Positions 1-8,022 of a DNA stretch of 33,791 nt are shown one piece after another. The stretch covers positions 1-33,791 of the forward strand of contig JAEOTC010000122.1 in the NCBI GenBank assembly GCA_016840035.1, read 5' to 3'. The notes beneath the pieces are model-generated. The model searched no databases, was not told the origin of the DNA, and worked only from the letters and a program-made list of their open reading frames with translations. Every line of letters starts with the position of its first letter. Within the stretch, counting starts at the first letter, position 1. This DNA comes from Candidatus Hodarchaeota archaeon (lineage in GTDB: Archaea; Asgardarchaeota; Heimdallarchaeia; Hodarchaeales; Hodarchaeaceae). A program made the position numbers and the translations under genes.

Positions 1-314
1 AAATCACTGTGGCCTGGAGCATCGATTAAGTTATAGATGAATTTCTTGGTCTTAAATTCTTGGAAAGATATGTTAATTGTGAGACCTCGTTCTCTTTCAT
101 CCATCAGAGGATCCAAAATCCAGGCATACGACCAGCTACCCATACCTGTAGCTTTGCTATCTTTATAGTATTTTTCAGCAATTCGCCAAGGGTGTCGTTT
201 CTTTTTAGGATCATGTATCTGACCTAGTAAGAACAACATGTGGCCAAGACCGGTAGATTTTCCGTGATCAACGTGACCTGTGACCACTAAATTCATTCTT
301 TCGAGATCTGCCAT
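1..314 (-). CDS. Translation elongation factor EF-1alpha-family GTPase, N-terminal part (truncated by window start)
   Basis: Not in the ORF track. Hand translation from ATG at 314 gives MADLERMNLVVTGHVDHGKST...YAWILDPLMDERERGLTI...NLIDAPGHSDF, with G1 GHVDHGKS, switch I ERERG.TI and G3 DAPGH. A GGTGA RBS-like motif lies upstream (321-325, minus strand). Confidence 0.9.
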   Translation of the reverse strand, partial: MADLERMNLVVTGHVDHGKSTGLGHMLFLLGQIHDPKKKRHPWRIAEKYYKDSKATGMGSWSYAWILDPLMDERERGLTINISFQEFKTKKFIYNLIDAPGHSD

Positions 315-669
315 TATTATTCACCAGAATATTATTTACTTCTTGTGTGTTGGATTAATTAAACACAAAATATCTTTGAAATTGGTTTAAATCCTAAGAA
401 ACAGCGAAACAAAAAGCTGTTTATCTCATTTTGCTTTCAATATGTAGAATAAATTCTCGAGAGGGGGACTAACAACTCCACTTTTTGGGATTCTATAAAC
501 CTGAAACAAATTCGTGGGATGAGGTTATGTAAAATGAACCCCCCACAAGACCACCCCCCAGGCTTTTAAGTTTTAAACATACACTATTTGTGTACAACTA
601 ACTCCTCTTCTTTTTTTTTATTATTAACAAATAATATTTATTTAATTAAGACTAGGTGACCACAACGAG

Positions 670-1698
670 TTAATATAATTGTACAAGCGGTTTTGCTAGA
701 AGTAAATAATGTTCCCTCAAGGTAAACTCCGCAATTTCCAGAATTTCAGATAATTTTTTCTGAGTTAGAACACCTCGTCTACTCTGCTTTAAATAACACC
801 CAGGAAAGATTTTCTGTCTTGCTAGTAGAATATCGGCTGCATTAATCATTGCAGCGGCTAAAATAAATGGATTCCTTCCCCCTCGCTTTACCAGTGGGAA
901 TTGATTGAGAAGCTGTTTCGCAACAACCCTAAGATGCTGAAAAAACTCTTCACGGTTGCTAGTTCTTTTTTGAATTGCGTTTCTAATTAGATAATCTTTC
1001 TGAATCCTACCTATAATTGCATCAAGATACTCTTCAGATTTCACATGCCTAACTCTAATTTTAGCATATTGGCGAATCAACGATGCCGATCTGATAATAT
1101 CCTTACCTGCTATTGAATAGCCATTGATTTGAGCTGCCTTTACCAGTCTTTTTAACTCAATATTCTCCTTTCTTGATCTTACGGCTAAATATAAAGCTCC
1201 CATAATTACACAAGACAATTTTGTCTTCTTTTTTAACTGATAATGAACTTTTTGGAAAAGATAAAGGGCATCCGCTCTTGTAGAATCCGTCACTTCAAGC
1301 GAACTACAAACTCGTGACAGCAAGCTATAACCTCGATATTCTCTTTGACGACCATTAAAATGTAAATAGATGTCATTTAATGGTTTTAATCTACGATATT
1401 GCAACTTCTTTGAGAGAGCCAACTGATTTCCAGAAGAATCGACAAAATTTTTCTTTTGAAACGATCCAATAAATGTCCCAAGGGTTTTCATTTTACTTGG
1501 TTGTTCACTTACTGATGCATACTGACTTCCATAACTACCTTCGGAACTTATGAGCTGAAGGGATGGTTTTTCATAAATTTGTTGGGCAATCAAACCACAG
1601 TTTATACAAACAATATCAGAATCTGTCTGAATTAGGTTTCCATCGCATTCAAGGCATTTATATTTCATCCTTTTCACAATTATACGACTAGATCTCAT
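670..1698 (-). CDS. Divergent transcription initiation factor IIB (TFB)-like protein
   Basis: N-terminal Zn ribbon (CLEC-x12-CINCG) followed by cyclin-fold-like repeats (GALYLAVR; GRNPFILAAA; LTQKKLSEILEIAEFTLREHY). The real start is probably ATG 1668 (MKYKC). Confidence 0.8.
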   Translation of the reverse strand: MRSSRIIVKRMKYKCLECDGNLIQTDSDIVCINCGLIAQQIYEKPSLQLISSEGSYGSQYASVSEQPSKMKTLGTFIGSFQKKNFVDSSGNQLALSKKLQYRRLKPLNDIYLHFNGRQREYRGYSLLSRVCSSLEVTDSTRADALYLFQKVHYQLKKKTKLSCVIMGALYLAVRSRKENIELKRLVKAAQINGYSIAGKDIIRSASLIRQYAKIRVRHVKSEEYLDAIIGRIQKDYLIRNAIQKRTSNREEFFQHLRVVAKQLLNQFPLVKRGGRNPFILAAAMINAADILLARQKIFPGCYLKQSRRGVLTQKKLSEILEIAEFTLREHYLLLAKPLVQLY

Positions 1699-1913
1699 AG
1701 TATCTAAACTAAGGATAGAATGAGAGACTAGTGTGAAAATGATGAAGTTTGGATCTATATCTTAAACGGGCAAAAGTGTTATTTGTCAAAGCATTTTTTC
1801 GAAATAGTACAATGAATCAGAGATTCTGAAAATATAAAAGATCAAGATCTCTCCAGAAATTATAAGTGATAATTATTTGATTCCTTGAAAAATACGCTAG
1901 AGGAATAAAACTG

Positions 1914-2516
1914 ATGAAAAGACAAGGTGAAGGATCCAAGAAAGGAAAAAGATTTCCTCCAAAATATAAACGGGGAATTGGTAAAGTTCTTGTCTTAGAT
2001 TATTACCCTCAGGGGAAATCTTTGAGTCGGAAATCTGCTGAGGCTTTTAACCCGTTGGCTGTTGTTATTTCAATAGATCAAATGCAATTCTTTGATATAA
2101 TACTGGCTAGGGGAAAGGATATTCAGGTAAGTGAATCACTTAATGTCTCTGAATTAAAATCTACTATTTTAAAAATTAATCGAATAGGATTTAACGAATT
2201 ATCTGATTCCGCGGTCGATATACTTCCTGAAATGATAAAAAAAATTGTCTCTCTTACAGAATCAAGATTCACTAACTTCCTGAATAACGCCCGTCCTTTA
2301 ACCACTCAAATGCACCAACTTCAACTGTTACCAGGAATAGGGAATAAGCGTCTTTGGCAAATTATTGAGGCACGAAGAAAAAAACCGTTTGAGGGTTTTA
2401 TTGATTTTACAGATCGGACAGGTATCTCTGATCCAATCGGACTATTTTCAAATAGAATACTGCAGGAGATCGAGGGAGGAGAAAAATATCAAATTTTTAT
2501 TAAGAAACAGAAATGA
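1914..2516 (+). CDS. DUF655 putative RNA-binding protein (OB fold + HhH)
   Basis: VLDYYPQG, FLNNARPLTTQMHQLQLLPGIGNK and RILQEI motifs; conserved archaeal position just upstream of ksgA. Confidence 0.9.
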   Translation: MKRQGEGSKKGKRFPPKYKRGIGKVLVLDYYPQGKSLSRKSAEAFNPLAVVISIDQMQFFDIILARGKDIQVSESLNVSELKSTILKINRIGFNELSDSAVDILPEMIKKIVSLTESRFTNFLNNARPLTTQMHQLQLLPGIGNKRLWQIIEARRKKPFEGFIDFTDRTGISDPIGLFSNRILQEIEGGEKYQIFIKKQK

Positions 2517-2522
2517 TTTAGC

Positions 2523-3422
2523 TTGACTCAATTCCACTTCCTGAACGAGGGGGATCTAAAGCGTTATACACAATCTATTATAGCTCAGTATGCCATTACT
2601 CCCCGTAAAGCACATGGTCAAAATTTCGTAATAAATAAGGAACTAATTAATGAGATCTTATCAGCAGCTAACATAAAAGAAGATGAAACGGTTGTGGAGA
2701 TAGGGGGTGGTATTGGAACACTCACATATTTTTTGTTACAGGAAGCAAAACAAGTTATTTCGTATGAAATTGATCCGTTATTGGCTTCTGTCTTGAAGAA
2801 AGAATTTTTTAACTATAACAAAAAACTCGAGATAATTTCTAAAGATTTCTTGAAAGACAAAGTCATTCCATGTGGGAAAATTATTTCCAATCTTCCATAT
2901 TCGATTTCTTCTCCAGTTATTTGGAAGATCACAAATATGAGTAACCCACCGAATTTGATTGCTTTTACTCTCCAAGAGGAATTTGCTAATCACCTTTGTG
3001 CAAAAGTAGGTTCAAAGGACTATAGTAGATTGTCTGTCTATTCTTCATATTTTTACGAATTTGAAAAGATTTCATCTTTCTCTGCAGAATATTTTTATCC
3101 CACACCTCAAGTTTCTTCTTGTTTGGTGAGAGGAGAACGTATTAAACCACCAGATATTGTAAAGGAAAAATCTTTTTTGCTTTTTCTAACCTCTCTATTT
3201 TGTAGAAAAAATAAAAAGACTCGCAATAACCTAATGGTGTACCAAAAGAAATTAGATCGTAAATTTCGATCTGGATATCGAAAACTTGTCGATTCCTTGG
3301 AATATTCACAAATAAAACCGATTAACCTTTCTCCCAACGCGATCTTGACCCTTTATTCAGATTATCGTCAGATCATAACTGAAAATCTGAAAATTGAAAA
3401 TTTCTTAAGTTTTATGGAATAA
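2523..3422 (+). CDS. ksgA: 16S rRNA adenine dimethyltransferase KsgA/Dim1
   Basis: GQNF, SAM motif VVEIGGGIGTLT, YEID, SNLPYSISS, YSRLSV, FYPTPQVSS; TTG start. Confidence 0.95.
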   Translation: MTQFHFLNEGDLKRYTQSIIAQYAITPRKAHGQNFVINKELINEILSAANIKEDETVVEIGGGIGTLTYFLLQEAKQVISYEIDPLLASVLKKEFFNYNKKLEIISKDFLKDKVIPCGKIISNLPYSISSPVIWKITNMSNPPNLIAFTLQEEFANHLCAKVGSKDYSRLSVYSSYFYEFEKISSFSAEYFYPTPQVSSCLVRGERIKPPDIVKEKSFLLFLTSLFCRKNKKTRNNLMVYQKKLDRKFRSGYRKLVDSLEYSQIKPINLSPNAILTLYSDYRQIITENLKIENFLSFME

Positions 3423-3690
3423 AAGGGTAGATCAGAGGAAGTTTAGCTAGGAAAAATGGAACAGTCACAATGGTGAATGTAATTGCTGTTATTACAATGT
3501 TAAGTTCGTTCTCTTTTCTATTCCTAAGTAATTTCTCCCCAAGACGTAGTATGAGCATTATTAATGAAATTGCTCGTACAAACCAAGCAACAAATACGAG
3601 TAAAGTCCATAGAATTTGATCTCCTGATTCTATAAGGAGCTGCCACCCATGAATGTACTCATCCCACTGGTTTAGAAAAAATACAAACAT
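3412..3690 (-). CDS. Small hypothetical membrane protein (2 TM)
   Basis: ORF 3412..3702, probable ATG at 3690. Two hydrophobic stretches separated by a charged loop (EKLLRNRKENE); 11-nt convergent overlap with ksgA. Confidence 0.55.
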   Translation of the reverse strand: MFVFFLNQWDEYIHGWQLLIESGDQILWTLLVFVAWFVRAISLIMLILRLGEKLLRNRKENELNIVITAITFTIVTVPFFLAKLPLIYPFIP

Positions 3691-4269
3691 TTCATGCACC
3701 AAGAAGAAATCAATATATCGAATTTAGACTCACTTATAATCTCCTAAGTTCCTGAAAACTGATAATCTACCTATTCAGAGTTTACATTTCAAAATCCAAC
3801 TATTTTGTCAAGAAAATGATCTTATCAATTCTTATAATCAAATGAATTTCCGTATAAATATCCAATCTTTGATACTGATAGAATTTAATACGGTTGAGAA
3901 AAATAAAAGATTACGTTGGACCTTTAATCAGGTATTAAGTAGGGCCAAAAAAAGATTCCACCTTATTTCACTTAAAAAGATTAGATAAATTGGGATTATA
4001 TTACTGGAAATATCCAGATAACCATTTAATAAACGAGAGTTATCATAAAATCTTCTTTAATACATTTTAAACAGGTTTAAAACTAAATCGTTCCAAAAGG
4101 AACCAGATTCAGAAAAAAACATTTAAAGATAGCTCAAGTGTTGCCAAACTGGACATAATAACGTAAATTTACCAACTGGATGAATAAAGAAGTAATATCC
4201 TTATGTAATTTTATGTTCAACCTTTATAGATTGAATTAGATGACCAAAATACACAGCAGATGGACAATT

Positions 4270-5070
4270 ATGGAACTAGAGATATTAGAACAGCATGAAA
4301 ATTTTGCCAAATTCGTCCTCTCTGGTATTACTCCTACCTTTGCAAACACATTACGTCGGCTAATAATGAGTGAGGTACCAACAATGGCGATTGATGAGGT
4401 TATTATCATTGAAAATACTACCCCTCTTTACGATGAAATCGTGGCACATCGTCTTGGTTTATTACCACTCAAAACTGATCTGTCCAACTATGTTTTACCT
4501 TCAGAATGTGAATGTGGAGGACAGGGTTGTACCTCATGTGAAGTATCCTTGACTCTTGAAGTTTCAGGAGAAAAAGATATTGAGATTGTCTATTCAAACA
4601 GTCTATTATCGCAAGATCCGAAGATTACACCAGTATTTCCAAATATTCCAATTCTGAAAATGGCTAAAAACCAGAAAATCTTTCTTGAAGCAATAGCTCG
4701 TCTTGGACGAGGAATTGATCACGCAAAATGGCAACCTATTTCTACAGTTTCTTACAAATACTACCCAGTTGTTCAATTCAATGAAAAGAACTGTACTTAC
4801 TGCGAAGATTGCGTTAATGCATGTCCTCGTGACATTATCAAGATTGAAAATGGGAAAATATCTGCACAAAATGTTATCAATTGTAGTTTGTGTAATCAAT
4901 GTGTAGATGTTTGTGAAACCAATGCTGTTTTTATCACAACAACAGGAACCGATTTTATTTTCACCATTGAAAGTACAGGAGCTCTCAGTACGAAAGAAAT
5001 ACTGCTTAAATCTCTTAAAATTTTAAACGGTAAAGCAGACGAATTTAAAGTTTATGTCGAAGAATTTTAG
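4270..5070 (+). CDS. rpoD: DNA-directed RNA polymerase subunit D (Rpo3) with ferredoxin-like domain
   Basis: FANTLRRLIMSEVPTMAID, LYDEIVAHRLGLLPL, GRGIDHAKWQP, FTIESTGAL; two CxxCxxCxxxC motifs. The track start is 4240; ATG 4270 fits the family better. Confidence 0.97.
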   Translation: MELEILEQHENFAKFVLSGITPTFANTLRRLIMSEVPTMAIDEVIIIENTTPLYDEIVAHRLGLLPLKTDLSNYVLPSECECGGQGCTSCEVSLTLEVSGEKDIEIVYSNSLLSQDPKITPVFPNIPILKMAKNQKIFLEAIARLGRGIDHAKWQPISTVSYKYYPVVQFNEKNCTYCEDCVNACPRDIIKIENGKISAQNVINCSLCNQCVDVCETNAVFITTTGTDFIFTIESTGALSTKEILLKSLKILNGKADEFKVYVEEF

Positions 5071-5081
5071 AAGGGATAACG

Positions 5082-5444
5082 TTGAAAATAACTACAAGAA
5101 CTGACCCAAACAAAGTTTCATTAATAGCCTCAATTAAAAAAGCTGGTATACAAAACAAGGCTAATATTTGGAAAACATTAAGCGAGGAGCTGTCATCTGC
5201 TAACCGAAGGCGAGTAGTTGTGAATTTATCACATATTAATAGAGTGTCTTCCCCCGACGATGTTATCGTTGTTCCAGGAAAAATCCTAGGAGCGGGAGAA
5301 TTAAAGCATAAATTAAGTATTGCAGCGGAAAGCTTTTCTGAATCAGCAAAAGAGAAAATTCTTTCAACTGGTGGTCAGTGTCTATCGTTTGAAGAATTAG
5401 TAAAGTCAAACCCAAAAGGAACTAATGTTCGATTAATGAAATAG
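5082..5444 (+). CDS. rpl18e: 50S ribosomal protein L18e
   Basis: VNLSHINR, VVPGKILGAG, FSESAKEKI, NPKGTNVR; follows rpoD as in other archaea. Confidence 0.96.
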   Translation: MKITTRTDPNKVSLIASIKKAGIQNKANIWKTLSEELSSANRRRVVVNLSHINRVSSPDDVIVVPGKILGAGELKHKLSIAAESFSESAKEKILSTGGQCLSFEELVKSNPKGTNVRLMK

Positions 5445-5461
5445 CAAAAGGGATTAGAAAA

Positions 5462-5899
5462 ATGAACGACAACACAATAGACAACTCTAAAATTATTAAT
5501 GCTGAAGATGCAGTAATCGGACGATTAGCGAGTGTCGTTGCCAAACGATTGTTATCAGGGGAACAAATCATAGTTGTGAACGCAGAAAAAGCATTAATCT
5601 CTGGGAGACCTGGTTTCGTCGCTAAAAAATATATTGATAGGTATCACATTAAAACAAAATCTAATCCGATAAAAGGTCCATTTTATCCAAGAAAACCCGA
5701 TCAGATCTTAAAACGAACAATAAGGGGCATGCTTCCTTTTCAAAAAAGCAGAGGAAAAGAGGCATACAAACGGTTGAAAGTTTTTAATGATGTTCCAGGT
5801 TTATTTGAAGACCAGGAACACGAAATTATCGGTGGTACTCAACGTAACAACCCAAAATCCTCATACATCTCGCTTAGAGACCTCAAGAAAAAAATATGA
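5462..5899 (+). CDS. rpl13: 50S ribosomal protein L13
   Basis: IGRLASVVAKRLLSGE, IVVNAEKALISG, GPFYPRKPD, RTIRGMLP. Confidence 0.97.
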   Translation: MNDNTIDNSKIINAEDAVIGRLASVVAKRLLSGEQIIVVNAEKALISGRPGFVAKKYIDRYHIKTKSNPIKGPFYPRKPDQILKRTIRGMLPFQKSRGKEAYKRLKVFNDVPGLFEDQEHEIIGGTQRNNPKSSYISLRDLKKKI

Positions 5900-5909
5900 A
5901 GGGATTATC

Positions 5910-6311
5910 GTGAAAAGCCTATTACGAAGTGGGAAACGAAGAACAGCGATTGCTCGTGCAATCATAAAAGAAGGTAAAGGTAGAATTTTAATCAACGGCA
6001 AACCTATAGAAATCGTTGAACCAATGTTTGTAAGAATGAAACTCCTCGAACCTCTCCATTTTTTGGATGAAAAAGACCGAAACAAAATCGAAATAAAGGT
6101 AAAGGTCAAAGGTGGAGGATTTATGGGACAAGCTGATGCCGCGAGAACAGCTATGGCAAGAGCAATCTTAGCTTGGATTGATTCTGAAGCATTACGTGTA
6201 AAATTTATGAATTATGACAGACACATGATTGTTGGTGATCCAAGAAGGAGAGAACCGAAGCATTTTGGTGGCCCTGGAGCGCGTGCTAAATATACAAAGA
6301 GCTATCGATAA
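5910..6311 (+). CDS. rps9: 30S ribosomal protein S9
   Basis: SGKRRTAIARA, VKGGGFMGQADAAR, DPRRREPKHFGGPGARAKYTKSYR. GTG 5910 is the likely start within ORF 5787..6311. Confidence 0.97.
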   Translation: MKSLLRSGKRRTAIARAIIKEGKGRILINGKPIEIVEPMFVRMKLLEPLHFLDEKDRNKIEIKVKVKGGGFMGQADAARTAMARAILAWIDSEALRVKFMNYDRHMIVGDPRRREPKHFGGPGARAKYTKSYR

Positions 6312-6372
6312 TCCATAACCTTTATGTAATCATGAATAACGAAGATAGATGTCATTTTAGTTGAATATTTTT

Positions 6373-6507
6373 GGGCCCATGGCTTAGCCTGGTTAAAGCG
6401 CTCGGCGTTCAGAAAAGATTCTGAACGGGCGATGCTGATAACGCATCTGGTTCTCCAGGCTGCCGACAGAAACCGAGAGATCCCCGGTTCAAATCCGGGT
6501 GGGCCCA
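6373..6507 (+). tRNA. tRNA-Ile(GAT) containing two introns (6405-6433 at position 30/31; ~6441-6471 at 37/38)
   Basis: Acceptor GGGCCCA/TGGGCCC plus discriminator A; D stem GCTT/AAGC; T arm CCCGG-TTCAAAT-CCGGG. Removing both inserts gives the anticodon arm CTCGG-CT-GAT-AA-CCGAG. Intron 1 forms a clean bulge-helix-bulge. Confidence 0.88.
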
Positions 6508-6570
6508 TTTCAAACATCTTCTTAGAAAAGAACTGTCTACATTCAGCATCAAAATAATCGCCCTTTATTT

Positions 6571-8013
6571 TTAATGTTCAAATATGGTTTGATTTTCTCT
6601 AACCATTTCAGTTTCCTGATTCGGTGTTAGTTGAAGAAAATCCATTATGGAATGATGGGGATAAGCTGAATTATCATCTTTTCTTTGTTCGATTTGTTTC
6701 TGTATCATAGCGATGAGTAATCTTATCATTTGATTATCTAGATAATTTTTGGTGTTGAACTGAAGATAGTTTGCAATTAAACAATAGAGCTGTTGAAAAG
6801 ACATATGCTTTAATAAATCGGAAAGTAGAACATCTCTTCTTTGTTTACTCTCGCGTTTTACAAGCTCGTTTAAGAAAGTAGTTAGATTCTGATTATTTAG
6901 CGCTTTCCTGCAAAAATCCCTTCTATTTGAGCAATTCCTTAACTTTAATGTAAGTTCGTCAGAGCTTTTATAGATTGTACAGAATTCTTTACAAATTTGG
7001 TTATATCTGTAAGAAGTATTCGAAATCGTGACATCATCTAGTTCAATATTATTTGGAATTTTTGGGGGGGAAATATCTTCTTTTTCTTCTTCAAATGAAG
7101 TAGATTTCGTGATATAGGGGGCTAAAAGGTGTTGTAAATTCAGATCACTCCCTTCTTTGTCAATTAATGCGTATCTATCTAGATCGTAACGGATAATTAC
7201 CCTATAGAGGAAATCCTCTTTGATTTTTTCTTCAAAATAGGTTTTTCCATGAGTGGAAATCATTTCCCCAAAGAAATCAAAAAAAGAACCTAATCGAAAT
7301 TTTGTTAATGAATAGAACTGATTGGAAGACAATGAACCTTGACTAATCGTTGTTTTTCTAGGAATACTAAACCTAAAGACCGTTGAGGATTCATGAAAAG
7401 CCTTTGTAGTTAAATTTTGATTTATTGTAGGAATAAACAAATACTTTCCTTGTTTAATTAATAAATAGTCCCCATTTCGGTAGATCGAATAGTTACTAAA
7501 TTCCGATCTGAATTTTGACCTGTTTAAGAGGGATGAATTAGGAAAAATGTTATCTAGTAATGGTTTTACTTCCTCAATTTGCTTATATAAATTAATTTTA
7601 GAATTTGCATAAAGAAAGATCCTTAAGCGCTGCTCATCTTTAACCAGCTCAATTGAAATATTATGTATATTTGTTATCAGGTTGAAACCGTCAACATGAA
7701 CATCTGAAAGTGTAGAACATTCAAATATACATAAGTAAACATTAAAGTGGGGAATGAATATCATTTCATTTCCTACTATAGAAATTATTGCTTGGGATTT
7801 AAAGGGAAGTAGTTTAAGATTAGTAAAAATCACCAAACATGTAATGGCTAAAGGAATTAAATTTCCTAAGATAATTAAGCCATTTAAATCAGGGGAAAGT
7901 TGAAGTTCCTTTGAATCCATAATATTCAGAAATATGATTAAGATTAAAAGTCCTAATAGGTAGCTTAGAAATGAGAGGATCCCCCAAAGATGATTTCTAT
8001 TGGTTAGAATCAT
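6571..8013 (-). CDS. Hypothetical membrane protein (2 N-terminal TM, large soluble domain with 4-Cys cluster)
   Basis: 480-aa ORF starting 9 nt after the stop of the upstream surface-protein gene; no family recognised. Confidence 0.75.
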   Translation of the reverse strand: MILTNRNHLWGILSFLSYLLGLLILIIFLNIMDSKELQLSPDLNGLIILGNLIPLAITCLVIFTNLKLLPFKSQAIISIVGNEMIFIPHFNVYLCIFECSTLSDVHVDGFNLITNIHNISIELVKDEQRLRIFLYANSKINLYKQIEEVKPLLDNIFPNSSLLNRSKFRSEFSNYSIYRNGDYLLIKQGKYLFIPTINQNLTTKAFHESSTVFRFSIPRKTTISQGSLSSNQFYSLTKFRLGSFFDFFGEMISTHGKTYFEEKIKEDFLYRVIIRYDLDRYALIDKEGSDLNLQHLLAPYITKSTSFEEEKEDISPPKIPNNIELDDVTISNTSYRYNQICKEFCTIYKSSDELTLKLRNCSNRRDFCRKALNNQNLTTFLNELVKRESKQRRDVLLSDLLKHMSFQQLYCLIANYLQFNTKNYLDNQMIRLLIAMIQKQIEQRKDDNSAYPHHSIMDFLQLTPNQETEMVRENQTIFEH

Positions 8014-8022
8014 TACGACATC

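Noticed and set aside
399-620. Short hairpin (AAACAGC...GCTGTTT), twin C6 tracts (ACCCCCCA x2) and a T-run between the TFB-like and EF-1alpha-like genes
   Set aside because: No recognisable ncRNA, SECIS or convincing ORF; the elements are too short to call.
3703-4269. Long AT-rich spacer before rpoD, considered as a replication origin or decayed S13/S4/S11
   Set aside because: No repeated ORB-like motifs, no cdc6 nearby and no ribosomal protein remnants seen.
6401-6477. Alternative reading as a single-intron tRNA-Glu(TTC), or a third nested intron
   Set aside because: The Glu reading needs G at invariant U33 and conflicts with the Ile-type acceptor stem; no valid 4-bp BHB was found around the CTGG-TTCT-CCAG hairpin.
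6302-6517. 71-aa minus-strand ORF
   Set aside because: Antisense shadow of the tRNA (typical GPPGFEPG translation).
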